Shown: piece by piece, positions 13,048-23,074 of the stretch | Position numbering within the stretch: the stretch's first letter is position 1 | Layout of the letters: the number at the start of each line of letters is the position of its first letter | Source: a virus | Virus record (IMG/VR): IMGVR_UViG_3300016476_000979 | Location: 1 to 35,745 of that record | Direction: 5' to 3' (one strand) | DNA length: 35,745 nt | Notes under the pieces: model-generated | The model's input: only the letters and a program-made list of their open reading frames with translations | Database searches by the model: none | What the model was told of the DNA's origin: nothing | Program-made: the position numbers and the translations under genes

Positions 13048-15231
13048 ATGGGCCTCAAGCTGACGCAAACCAATTTCTCGTCAGGCGAACTCGATCCGAA
13101 AATGGCCATGCGCCACGATGTCGGCGCGTTTGCCAATGGCGCAAAGGCCCTGCGCAATGTGCGCTTGCTTAACCAAGGCGGCGTGACGCGGCGTCCCGGC
13201 ACCGAATATATGGCGACGTTGACCGCCGATAGCCGTCTGATCCCGTTCGAGTTTTCGGCCGATGAGCGCTATATCTTTGCGTTCTCCAACGCCCGGCTCG
13301 ATATTTACAATTTGTCCGGCACGCTGTTGCAGAGTCTGACCAGTGCGCCATGGACGAGTGCCATCCTGCGCGAGATGACCTATGCGCAGGCCGCCGACGT
13401 GATGATCTTGTGTCATCAATCAATGCGCACCCAAGTCATCCGACGCACTGGGTCCACGACGTTTACGCGCAGCAATTTTGAGTTTCAGCAAAGCGTCAAC
13501 GGCAACAAGGTCTATCAGCCCTATTACAAGTTTGACGCCGATACGGTGACGTTATCGTGCAGCGCCACGACGGGGTCGGCAACCATTACGGCCAGCAGCA
13601 GCATTTTTGTCGCAGGCCATGTCGGCGCGCGGTTTCGCTGGTTTGACACTGAGATCGAGATTACGGCGGTCAGCAGCGGCACCAGCGCCACTGGCACGAT
13701 CAAAGGCACGCTTGAAGGTGTCTATATGATTGACCCCTTCCGCACCAAGGAAGGCACGCTCCGGATCGAGGTTACGCACACCAGTCACGGCATTGCCACC
13801 GGCGAGACCATCACGATCTCCGGGGCGAACAATATTGGCGGCATTGGCAACAACAACATCAATGGCAGCCGTGTCATCACGGTCATCGATGACAACCGTT
13901 ATTACTTCACGGCGGGCGGCACCACCGTCGCGACCGCTTCCACCGATGGCGGCGGTCCGAATGTGACCTTTACCGGGGCTAATATCCCCACGCGCAACTG
14001 GACCGAACAGACGTTTTCGACCGTCAATGGCTGGCCGGGCGCTGTGACCTTCCACGAAGGGCGGCTGTGGTTTGCTGGATCGGCAGCGCAGCCGGATGGC
14101 GTGTGGGGCTCAAAGATTTTCGAGTTCTTCAATTTCGATGTCGGCGAAGGCTTGGACAATGAATCGATCCAGATCACCATTGGATCGGATGACATCTCGT
14201 CCATTCGCCACATGGTGTCGAACCGTCATTTGCAGATCTTTACTGCAACGGCGGAGTTCTTCATCCCGAAGCAGAACCAAACCGCCACGACGCCGAACAA
14301 TTGCATCGTGCTGCGCCAGACGCCCTATGGCGCATCGACCTTGACGCCGATGCCGTTCGATGGCGCGACCGTGTTCCTGCAAGCGACCAAAAAGGCGGTG
14401 CGCGAATTTCTCTATACCGATGTGGAACAAGCCTATAACGCGCCGTCCTTGTCGATCCTGGCTGACCACCTGTTGCAAGACCCCATCGATATGACGGTGG
14501 CTTACGGCACGTCGAAGGCGGGCGAGCAATATATGTATCTCGTCAATGCCGATGGTTCGCTGCCGGTATTTCATTCGGCGCGCTCGGAAAAGCTGGCGGG
14601 CTGGGCCTTGTGGACGACCGGGACAAGTGGTGTCAGTGGCGCGTTCAAATCGGTCATGACTTTGGGCGAACGGGTCTATCTTGCGGTGCAGCGTGGAGCC
14701 GCGTTCTATTTGGAGCGCTTTGCGCAGAGCGATCTTGATAACACCCTCGACAGTGCGCAGACTTTGACGAGCGGCAGCGCGACGACAACGTGGACGCTGA
14801 ATGCCCGCTTTGCCAATCAGACCGTGTCGGTCATCTCGGGCAATTATTATCTCGGCGATTACACTGCCAATGCGTCGGGCGTCATCGAGATCAACGCGCC
14901 GGTGACGACGATCACGGTCGGGTTCAACTATCCGGTCACGGTCGAAACCCTGCCGGTGCATATTCAGTTGCAGGACGGCGCTTATACCGGGCGGCCGAAG
15001 CGCATTGCGCGGGTGATTTTGGGGCTTGACTCGACGCTCGCCGTCTCAGTGCAAAACAACCGCTTCATCTTGCGGCAAGTGCGCGATGATTTTGACACGC
15101 CGCCCGACCGCTTCACCGGCAAAACAGACTTTTATCTGCTCGGCTATCAGCGCGATGCGACGGTGACCGTCACGCAGACGGAGCCCTTGCCCCTGCGCTT
15201 GCTGGGCATGGCCATGGAGGTGTCAGTCTAA
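13048..15231 (+). CDS. Tail tubular protein B (T7 gp12-like)
   Basis: 727 aa, immediately after the gp11-like gene. The N-terminus has the G.L...GG.TRRPGTEY pattern, comparable to the gp12 GGISQQP...LQKRPP region. Confidence 0.8.
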   Translation: MGLKLTQTNFSSGELDPKMAMRHDVGAFANGAKALRNVRLLNQGGVTRRPGTEYMATLTADSRLIPFEFSADERYIFAFSNARLDIYNLSGTLLQSLTSAPWTSAILREMTYAQAADVMILCHQSMRTQVIRRTGSTTFTRSNFEFQQSVNGNKVYQPYYKFDADTVTLSCSATTGSATITASSSIFVAGHVGARFRWFDTEIEITAVSSGTSATGTIKGTLEGVYMIDPFRTKEGTLRIEVTHTSHGIATGETITISGANNIGGIGNNNINGSRVITVIDDNRYYFTAGGTTVATASTDGGGPNVTFTGANIPTRNWTEQTFSTVNGWPGAVTFHEGRLWFAGSAAQPDGVWGSKIFEFFNFDVGEGLDNESIQITIGSDDISSIRHMVSNRHLQIFTATAEFFIPKQNQTATTPNNCIVLRQTPYGASTLTPMPFDGATVFLQATKKAVREFLYTDVEQAYNAPSLSILADHLLQDPIDMTVAYGTSKAGEQYMYLVNADGSLPVFHSARSEKLAGWALWTTGTSGVSGAFKSVMTLGERVYLAVQRGAAFYLERFAQSDLDNTLDSAQTLTSGSATTTWTLNARFANQTVSVISGNYYLGDYTANASGVIEINAPVTTITVGFNYPVTVETLPVHIQLQDGAYTGRPKRIARVILGLDSTLAVSVQNNRFILRQVRDDFDTPPDRFTGKTDFYLLGYQRDATVTVTQTEPLPLRLLGMAMEVSV

Positions 15232-15758
15232 TGTGCGTTACCCTTCTTGTCGCGTCGACGTTAATCTCGGCAGCAGGCGCTTTCACGACAGCGGCTATGC
15301 AATCGAGCGCAGCGCAAGCCGAAGCCGCTTACCGCGACCAGCAATTGCGCATCCAGAACCAACAACTCATGCAAGACATGCAATTGGCGGAGATCCAAGG
15401 CATGCAGCAGGAGAATGTGCGCATGGATCAAGCGCGCAAAATGCAAGCCGCCAATGAGGCGTTCTTAGCCAGTTCCGGCGTCGGCCAATCGATGAGTTTC
15501 ATGCAAGGCACGGAGAAAGAAAACGACATCGCGCTGCGCAAAGATGTCGCCAATCTGCGCTTGCAGTCGATCACCGCGCAAAGCCGCATCGCCGATCAGA
15601 TCGTCGTCAACAATCTTGAGCAGCAATTCGTCAAGCAGAAAGCCTCGATGACGGCGGCGCAAGGCTACACCAATGCGATCTTCAACACGGCATCGTCGGC
15701 GGTGAACAATGCGTATCGCTACGATTATTACCGCACCAACGGCAAACTGATCCCGTAA
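15231..15758 (+). CDS. Internal virion protein with N-terminal TM segment (gp13/gp14 position)
   Basis: MCVTLLVASTLISAAGAFTTAAM is hydrophobic, followed by a Gln-rich coiled coil. TAATG overlap with the gp12-like stop. Confidence 0.6.
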   Translation: MCVTLLVASTLISAAGAFTTAAMQSSAAQAEAAYRDQQLRIQNQQLMQDMQLAEIQGMQQENVRMDQARKMQAANEAFLASSGVGQSMSFMQGTEKENDIALRKDVANLRLQSITAQSRIADQIVVNNLEQQFVKQKASMTAAQGYTNAIFNTASSAVNNAYRYDYYRTNGKLIP

Positions 15759-15767
15759 GGACGCACG

Positions 15768-18572
15768 ATGGCGATTAAACCCGACGAACAGCAAACGATG
15801 GTTCAGCCGTCCAACCGGCTGATCCGCGAGTTTCGCACTGATTTGCCGGATCCGTCCGATTATGCGGTGCAACGCTTTGCCGCGACGATTGGCGAAGCGG
15901 GCGAAGCCTTGGCCAAGTCCGAAGCCAAGAACGCTGCCCAAACCGCCGCCTATTCCGCGCCGCTCGGCAAAGACGAGAACGGCAATTATATTAAGCCCGA
16001 AGTGCCGGAAAACTTTGGCTTGTTTGCGCGCGACGTGTTCAACGAAATCGTTACGCAACGCTCCGCCAATATGGCGGTGACTGATTTTGAAAGCTTTGCG
16101 CTTAAAGTGCGGGCCGAAAAAGCCGATGACCCGGCAGGCGGAGCCGCCCTCATCGACGCCAATCTGAAAGGTCGTCTGGCGGCTTTGCCACCGGAGATGC
16201 GCGGTCGCGTCGAAGGCGCGATGATGCGCGAGCGCAACCAGCATGTCGGCACGATGGAGCTTGAACATGCGCGCAAGGTCGAGCGCCAGACCCTTGAAGG
16301 CATTAAGACCGATGTCACGACCTTCACCCAAAAAGCGCTCGATGCGGCCAAGGTCAATACGCCAGAGGGCGATGCGCAGGCTGCCGCTCACCTTGATTTG
16401 GTCGAGCAATCGATTGGCGCATTGGTCGCCAAGCGGGTTCTGCCCGAAAACGCCCTGACGAATTTTAAGGAAACCCGCACCGGGATCATGGCGGGCGGTA
16501 AGATCATCGCCCAAGTCTATCAACGGCTGAAAGAAAACAATCTGCAAGAGGCCGATCTGGTCGATCTCGAGCGCATTGTCCGTTCGCCGTGGGCGGATGA
16601 GAATGTGTTGCAGATTCGCAGCGAAGATATTCGCAAGACCTTGACCACGGATGAAGCGCGCGCGGCAGTGGCCAGTGAACTGCGCAATATGCGCGGGCTG
16701 TTGACCAAGCAATTTGCCGAGAATGCCGAAGCGGCCGCGATCAATGGCGTTGTCGAGCAAGTGCGCAAAAACGGCAAGGCCGGAATGCCCATCGATATGA
16801 GCGACACGCTCAAAGAAAAAACGATGCGCACATGGGCGCAGCAGGAAGGCTTAACGGTCAACGGGTCGCTGCCCCTGACCCCGCAAGTGCTGGACCGGCT
16901 GCAAGGCACGTTTGGCGAATTGCCCAAGAAATCGATTGAAGCGTTGTTCCGCAACCCCAACACGCTGACGCCCGATGAGATCGAGGCGCGCTATGAGACG
17001 TTCCGACATTTGAACGGGATGCGCACCGGCAGTAATGACACGACGCCTGCGATTGGCATTCTCAATGAGCGCGACTTTGCGTTCATGAAGCAATACCAAT
17101 TTGCCCGCGAAACCGGGGCCAGCCCCAAAGCTGCTTATGACTCAGCCAACGACATGCTCAAGCGAGGCAAGGTCGAAACCGTATCGCCCTCGGCAGTGAC
17201 CGAAGCGGTGCGCCGGAAATATTCAGCGGAGAGCACATTTCCAAAAGAAACCCAAGATGTGGAAAAATTGCTGCGCAATTATTTCCCGTCCGATCCCAAT
17301 TCCGTGATGGGCAAGCCGCCCGTCACGGCCATGAGCCTTGCGCAACGCCAGACGGTGCTGGGCGTGGCGTTGCAGACCATGGCGTATAACGAAAACCTCA
17401 AAACCGCTGAGGCTATCGAATATGCCATGAAGCGGTTCATGACGACCCATACCTATGATCCCACCATTGCGGGCGAAGGCGGCATGGTCGGGGGCTTTGT
17501 GCCTAAGACGCAAGCCATCCCGTCGATCTATGACATCAAAGAGCGCAGCGAGACGGCGCGCACGACGGATTACGTCAAGCCTTATATCGATGCCTTGCTG
17601 CGTGCCGACAAAGATCTCAAGCCTGCCTTCAATCCTGCGGACAAGGATCGTTTGATCCCGCGCAACCAAGGCGGCTGGTCGCTACCGATGGATGACAGCC
17701 AGCTTAAATATGGCGAGAACATCGCGCTCAAACCAATTGGCGTCGATACTGAGAATCCCGGCTTTCAGCTTGTTTACAAGCTCGACAATATGCGCGGCTG
17801 GGCCCCGGTTCAAAACAACAAGCGCGAGAACGTCATCGTCTATTTGGGCGACGCGGCCAAGAAACAAGACGCCTTCGCGCGTGAATTGTCGCTCGATTAT
17901 GCCCGTTCGAGCGCGTTGGCCGAGAAGATGAATGCAGAGCAACTGGCCGCAGGCGGCACGGATTTCGTGGCCAAGCCCGATAGCCCGCGTTCGGGCGAGC
18001 GGCCTTTGGGCATGATTGACGTTCAATCAATCATTGCGCCATCCCCCAATGCCAATAGCCGTGGCACGCCGGGGCTCAAGCAGCAGCCGGGCCAACGCCC
18101 GATGCAATTGCGCGACGATGGCGGGGAGCCGATCTTGCAGCGGCTTGGCCAATTTGTCGTGCCAGGCAAAACCGCCGCCATTCTCAATCAGGTCGATCAA
18201 ACCTTTGCGCAGAGCATGGCAGCCATGGTCGAAGCCATGCCCGACGAGATCCGCAAAGGCTTCTTTATTTCCTCGGCCTATCGCACGGTTGAAGAACAGG
18301 CCGACATTTTTGCTAAGCATGTCGTCAAATATGGCACTGAAGAACGGGCGCGCAAATGGGCCGCCCCGGCTGGCAAATCGTTCCACAATCACGGCAAGGC
18401 CATGGATTTGCGCTTTGCCAATACATCGGTGCGCGATTGGGTTCACCAAAATGCTGCGCAATTTGGTCTGCATTTTCCCATGAAACATGAGCCGTGGCAC
18501 ATCGAGCCGATTAACGCGCGCAAGATGCGCTCTGCATCCTTGTTGGATGGCGATACTGAGGAAGCCGTATGA
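15768..18572 (+). CDS. Internal virion/ejection protein with C-terminal peptidase M15 (VanY-like) cell-wall hydrolase domain
   Basis: 934 aa. The C-terminal SSAYRTVEEQ...APAGKSFHNHGKAMDL...HEPWHIEP matches the zinc D,D-/L,D-peptidase M15 signature (S.YR, H..G.A.D, E.WH). Confidence 0.8.
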   Translation: MAIKPDEQQTMVQPSNRLIREFRTDLPDPSDYAVQRFAATIGEAGEALAKSEAKNAAQTAAYSAPLGKDENGNYIKPEVPENFGLFARDVFNEIVTQRSANMAVTDFESFALKVRAEKADDPAGGAALIDANLKGRLAALPPEMRGRVEGAMMRERNQHVGTMELEHARKVERQTLEGIKTDVTTFTQKALDAAKVNTPEGDAQAAAHLDLVEQSIGALVAKRVLPENALTNFKETRTGIMAGGKIIAQVYQRLKENNLQEADLVDLERIVRSPWADENVLQIRSEDIRKTLTTDEARAAVASELRNMRGLLTKQFAENAEAAAINGVVEQVRKNGKAGMPIDMSDTLKEKTMRTWAQQEGLTVNGSLPLTPQVLDRLQGTFGELPKKSIEALFRNPNTLTPDEIEARYETFRHLNGMRTGSNDTTPAIGILNERDFAFMKQYQFARETGASPKAAYDSANDMLKRGKVETVSPSAVTEAVRRKYSAESTFPKETQDVEKLLRNYFPSDPNSVMGKPPVTAMSLAQRQTVLGVALQTMAYNENLKTAEAIEYAMKRFMTTHTYDPTIAGEGGMVGGFVPKTQAIPSIYDIKERSETARTTDYVKPYIDALLRADKDLKPAFNPADKDRLIPRNQGGWSLPMDDSQLKYGENIALKPIGVDTENPGFQLVYKLDNMRGWAPVQNNKRENVIVYLGDAAKKQDAFARELSLDYARSSALAEKMNAEQLAAGGTDFVAKPDSPRSGERPLGMIDVQSIIAPSPNANSRGTPGLKQQPGQRPMQLRDDGGEPILQRLGQFVVPGKTAAILNQVDQTFAQSMAAMVEAMPDEIRKGFFISSAYRTVEEQADIFAKHVVKYGTEERARKWAAPAGKSFHNHGKAMDLRFANTSVRDWVHQNAAQFGLHFPMKHEPWHIEPINARKMRSASLLDGDTEEAV

Positions 18573-21500
18573 GTGACGTTGCTTACGCCCAAGATCCGCG
18601 TCTCGATCTTATTGCGCAACCCGTCACGTCGCTAAACCCGCCGCCGCCCGGTGGCTTCGTCCAGAATGTGTGGGACGAAGTCATGACCTCGTGGTGGGTC
18701 GGCGAAATCAACAAGCTGCAAGATTTCAATGTGCCTGCCGCCGAAGGCTATGATCCGCTCTATGATGAGCGCATCAAGGGCAAAGAGCCCTATGTCGATT
18801 ATCTGCGCGAAGCGCGCTCGCCAGAACATTTCGACGCGATCTGGAACCGCCTGACGACCTATGAGCAGAAGCGCATGCGGCTGACGGAAGAAGGCGGTCT
18901 TGCCTCCGCCTTGACGGCAGGCGTGATCGACCCGGCCAATCTTGTGCCGTTTGGCGTCGGACGCGGCGTTGGTGTGTTGCGCGGGGCTTTGCTCGGCGGG
19001 GCTTCGACGGCAGCCGTGACGCTCGGCACGCAAATCATCCAAGACCAATCGGTGCCGGTCAGCCGCGAAGAAATGGCCTGGGGCACGGCCATGGGTTTTG
19101 GCTTTGGCTCGCTGTTTGGCGGCGTCATTGGGCGCAATATTCCTGACAATGCGCAATTGAGCGAACTCAGCCGCACCGTGCAGACGCAGGCCAAGGTGCT
19201 CGATGATGCGATCACCAGTGGCTTGATGCCCAACCCTTATGCGGCTGCGCCTGCAACGCCGTTTGAGGTGCGCCCGACCACGCCCAACGCGGTTGGCGTG
19301 GCTTCGGCTTTTGGTTTGGAAAAAGTGGTGTCCAAGCTTGGTAATTTTGGCGCGTTGATCAGTGCGCCATTTCGGGGCTTTGAGGATCTTGGCCATGCGC
19401 TTGCAGGCGAAGGCGATCTTCTGACCAAGCGCAACAAGCTGGCGCTTGAAGAAGGTGGCGGGTCAACACAGGAGTCAGCGCATTTGCGCTCGCTCTATTG
19501 GCAGGGCCGCGCTTCGGTTTTGCTGCAAGACATTGAATCGATCTATGCCCGCTATATCGGCGGCGGCGACACGCAATTCAAATTGGGTGGCGTGAATGTG
19601 CCGGTGACGTTCCAGCGCATGAAACAGGCGATCACCGGGCGCGGTCCTGACGGCAAGATGTCGCTCAACGAGTTCCATGCGGCTGTGTCACGCGCGCATA
19701 AACGCGACCGCATCGAGACGGATGATCCCTTTGTGCGCGAAGCGGTTGAGAAAACCCGCGCCTATTACGAAGAATTTAAGAAGGCTGGCCTTGAGTCCGG
19801 CATGATCGTGGCGAAGGAAAATGTCGAGCGCATTGCCACGCGATTGGCCAATTGGACCGGATCGAAGAAGGTTCGGCTGGCTGAATTAGAGGCCAAAGAC
19901 ACGCTGACCGCCAATGAAAAGGCGGAAGTCAAATTGCTCAATGATGCCATTCGCTATGGCGAACAGCGCGGGCGTTTGTATAGCACGGCTTTGCGGAGCA
20001 AGAGCGTGCCAAAGCCCCCGGCCCCGCCTGTGTCGCCGCGTCCGACGCGCGAAACGGTGCGCGCTATCAATGACGATTTTTCGTCGGCATCTCCAACAAG
20101 CGACAAATTTATCAACATCAATGAGCTGCAAGACGATGATCCGCAATGGCTCTATCACGGCACAAATGTGAGGCTAAACGGACGCTTTACAGAGTTTGTT
20201 GATCAAAATGGCAATCTTCGCTTAAAGGCCAGTTATCAATCTTTGGATAAACGGGTGAGTGTGTCATTTACGCCGTTTGTCGAAACGGCAAAAGACTATG
20301 CAACGCGTGAGAAGGGTGGTGGCCCCAATGCCCGCAATGTTTCTGGCGCGGGCATCTTTGTTATCGACCGGGAATATTTGCCAAATTTAGAACAGCGGTC
20401 TGGCGAAGCGCTATCTTCGCCAACGGACATTGTGATTCCACCTGACGGTTGGAAGTTTGCAACATTGCAAAGCAATGACGTAAAGTTTTTGGAAGAACTA
20501 AAAGCCGATATTGCCTCTTTTATCAATGAACTCAATGGCAAGTCGAATAAAGAGCTTCTCGACCTTATTCGGGATCAAAACATTGATGTCGAAGTAAAAG
20601 AAGCAAACTATGGTTCAGAACAAGATATTTCTGGCGTCGGCAAAAATAGCGAATACGCGCAATGGTATCTTGAAAATTTTGACAGAGAAGGGCTGGACAT
20701 CAAAGTCTATGCTGCATCGCAATTATTGATTCAGCGCGGCATTACTGACGCTGAAATTAAAGCGTATACAAAAGAACTTAATGACAGTTGGGCTTCGGAC
20801 TATGCGGTTGAAAGCCGCAATAGCCTTGAAAAGTTTATTGAGCGGTTTGACGCCGTTAAACCTTATGACGCGGTTTCTGATTTAGAGGCGTTGCGCCAAC
20901 AACAATCCGCTGGCGTCGTCAACACGCGCTCGATGCTGAACCCGACCGACGCGCCACGGATGCGCGGTCCGGCCAATGCCAATGATGAACCCTATATTGG
21001 CCCTGAGAACGAAGCCAATTACCTCAACCGCATTTGGGCGCTCGACAAAGTGCTTGCGGATGAGGCTGGCCCACAAAAGCTGCGCGCTGTGTTGATGGAA
21101 TGGTATCGCGATAACCCGCTGCCTGACAATCTCGACCGCATCGACGCTCTGATGAACGATCTGATTGCGTATAAAACCAGCAAGAACCCGAATAGCGTTG
21201 ATCTCTTGGCCAAGCTTGAACGCTTGAGCGAAGAAGCGCCGGGTCTGACGCAGAAGCAATATGATCTGATGGTCAAGCTGCGCACGGAGTTAACGCAGAC
21301 CAAAACCTTCTCGCCCAAACAATGGGAGTTCTTTGACAAACTGACCGAGCAATGGCGCAAAGAACGCGGCAAGGTTGATTTCCGCAACACTGATGACGCC
21401 ATCGAAGCGCGGGTCGACCGCACGATTGCCCATATCCTCAAGACGGCAGAGCTTGGCGAGTATCAGGTGGGCCGGGCGCTTGAGACCCCTGCCCTGGCCC

Positions 21501-23023
21501 GCGACCTTAACATTCCCAACGAGTTGGTGTGGGATTTTATCGAAGACGACATCTCGGTTTTGATCCGGTCTTATGCCCAGCGCATGGGCCCAGCGGTCGA
21601 ATATGGCCGCATGTTCGGATCCCGCGATGCGGAAATGGCGATCCATGACGCTGCCTTGCAAGCGGCCAAGGAAGCGAAGGGGCCGACCGATCGCGCTATT
21701 CTCGATCAGGTTGAAACCCATATGAACCAAGCGCGTGCGGTGCGCGACGATGTGCTGCGCGATTCCTATGCCGCCAACCCCTTGTCGCTCAATCGCAAGA
21801 TCGTGCAGGGCATGAGCGCCTATACGATGATTACGACATTGAGCAGCGCTTTGGTGACCTCGCTCTCGGAAATGGCCAAGCCTCTGATGATGTGGGGGTT
21901 TGGCCGGTCGTTTTCGTTTGCCATGAAGGCGATGAATGACCGCGAAGCCTTCGAAGGCATTAAGCGCGACGTGCAAGTCTTGACGGCAGGCGGGCTTGAA
22001 GCGGCTCTGCACATGCACGCACAGCGGTTTGCTGAGCAAGGCGGCGTCTTGGGCGGCTCGCAGAACTTTGCCGGACGCTTGTTCGATAGCGCCAATCGCA
22101 AGCTCATTAACTTCGCCAATGGCCCGTATTTTGTGCTCAATTTGCTGGGCCCTTTTACGGACATCCTCAAGAATTATACGGGCGTCATGTCGGCGCATTT
22201 CTTGATTGATGACGCGCGGGCGATTGCAGCGGGCAAGGCTGATAAGCGCACGCTGGCCAATTGGCGGGGCCTGTCATTGACCGAGGATGACGCGGCCCGT
22301 CTCGCGGCGATGCCGATTGAAGATCATAAAGGGCTCAACCTGACCAATATTGCGGCGTGGCCGGATCAGGATTTGGTGCGCAAATTTGGCGCAGCGGTCG
22401 CCTCCGAACAGCGTCGAGCTGTGGTGACCGCAGGCCCGGCTAACGTGCCAGACATCGCGCGGGGCTTTGTCGGGCTAGGCGACAAACGGCGGGAGTTTGC
22501 CTATTTGCGCCTGCCGTTTTTGCTGATGAACTTTGCCTTTGCTTCGGTCAACAAGACCCTGCTTTCAGCGCTGCAAGGCCGTGATGCCAACGCCATTATG
22601 GGGGCTGTCACCATGATTGGTGCAGCCTATATGGTGCAGAAGCTCAAAACCTCGGATGCTGCATGGGACCGCATGGACGAAAGCGAAAAACTGCTGCGGG
22701 CGATTGAGAACTCCGGCTTGTTGGCGGTGATGGGGGACATCAATTCCAAGCTCGAAAGCCTAACCCGCAGCCAGATGGGCGTGCGTCCGGCCTTGGGAAT
22801 GGAACCGCGCATGGGCGAATTGTCCACTGATGCGTTCGAACCCTATAGCGCATTGGGTCCGTTGGGCACGCGCGGGGCAGATCTTTATCAATTGTTCTTC
22901 GACAATTCGCTGGCCACCCGCGACCAATCGCGGATCTTGCGGCGGGCGTTGGTGCCGGAGTTGTTCTATCTCAAACCCTTGTTTGATCAGGCTGAACGGG
23001 GGGCGTTAGAGGCCATCGATTAG
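18569..23023 (+). CDS. Giant internal virion/ejection protein (T7 gp16 position), 1484 aa, with a low-GC inserted module
   Basis: ATGA-coupled to the upstream gene. It has hydrophobic Gly-rich segments near the N-terminus and C-terminus. The in-frame A/T-rich block at about 20090-20890 begins with WLYHGTNVRLNG. Confidence 0.8.
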   Translation: MSDVAYAQDPRLDLIAQPVTSLNPPPPGGFVQNVWDEVMTSWWVGEINKLQDFNVPAAEGYDPLYDERIKGKEPYVDYLREARSPEHFDAIWNRLTTYEQKRMRLTEEGGLASALTAGVIDPANLVPFGVGRGVGVLRGALLGGASTAAVTLGTQIIQDQSVPVSREEMAWGTAMGFGFGSLFGGVIGRNIPDNAQLSELSRTVQTQAKVLDDAITSGLMPNPYAAAPATPFEVRPTTPNAVGVASAFGLEKVVSKLGNFGALISAPFRGFEDLGHALAGEGDLLTKRNKLALEEGGGSTQESAHLRSLYWQGRASVLLQDIESIYARYIGGGDTQFKLGGVNVPVTFQRMKQAITGRGPDGKMSLNEFHAAVSRAHKRDRIETDDPFVREAVEKTRAYYEEFKKAGLESGMIVAKENVERIATRLANWTGSKKVRLAELEAKDTLTANEKAEVKLLNDAIRYGEQRGRLYSTALRSKSVPKPPAPPVSPRPTRETVRAINDDFSSASPTSDKFININELQDDDPQWLYHGTNVRLNGRFTEFVDQNGNLRLKASYQSLDKRVSVSFTPFVETAKDYATREKGGGPNARNVSGAGIFVIDREYLPNLEQRSGEALSSPTDIVIPPDGWKFATLQSNDVKFLEELKADIASFINELNGKSNKELLDLIRDQNIDVEVKEANYGSEQDISGVGKNSEYAQWYLENFDREGLDIKVYAASQLLIQRGITDAEIKAYTKELNDSWASDYAVESRNSLEKFIERFDAVKPYDAVSDLEALRQQQSAGVVNTRSMLNPTDAPRMRGPANANDEPYIGPENEANYLNRIWALDKVLADEAGPQKLRAVLMEWYRDNPLPDNLDRIDALMNDLIAYKTSKNPNSVDLLAKLERLSEEAPGLTQKQYDLMVKLRTELTQTKTFSPKQWEFFDKLTEQWRKERGKVDFRNTDDAIEARVDRTIAHILKTAELGEYQVGRALETPALARDLNIPNELVWDFIEDDISVLIRSYAQRMGPAVEYGRMFGSRDAEMAIHDAALQAAKEAKGPTDRAILDQVETHMNQARAVRDDVLRDSYAANPLSLNRKIVQGMSAYTMITTLSSALVTSLSEMAKPLMMWGFGRSFSFAMKAMNDREAFEGIKRDVQVLTAGGLEAALHMHAQRFAEQGGVLGGSQNFAGRLFDSANRKLINFANGPYFVLNLLGPFTDILKNYTGVMSAHFLIDDARAIAAGKADKRTLANWRGLSLTEDDAARLAAMPIEDHKGLNLTNIAAWPDQDLVRKFGAAVASEQRRAVVTAGPANVPDIARGFVGLGDKRREFAYLRLPFLLMNFAFASVNKTLLSALQGRDANAIMGAVTMIGAAYMVQKLKTSDAAWDRMDESEKLLRAIENSGLLAVMGDINSKLESLTRSQMGVRPALGMEPRMGELSTDAFEPYSALGPLGTRGADLYQLFFDNSLATRDQSRILRRALVPELFYLKPLFDQAERGALEAID

Positions 23024-23074
23024 TGCATTGAGGGATGCCCCTATTCCCGCCACGACAGGCTGTCGGAGGCTTGA

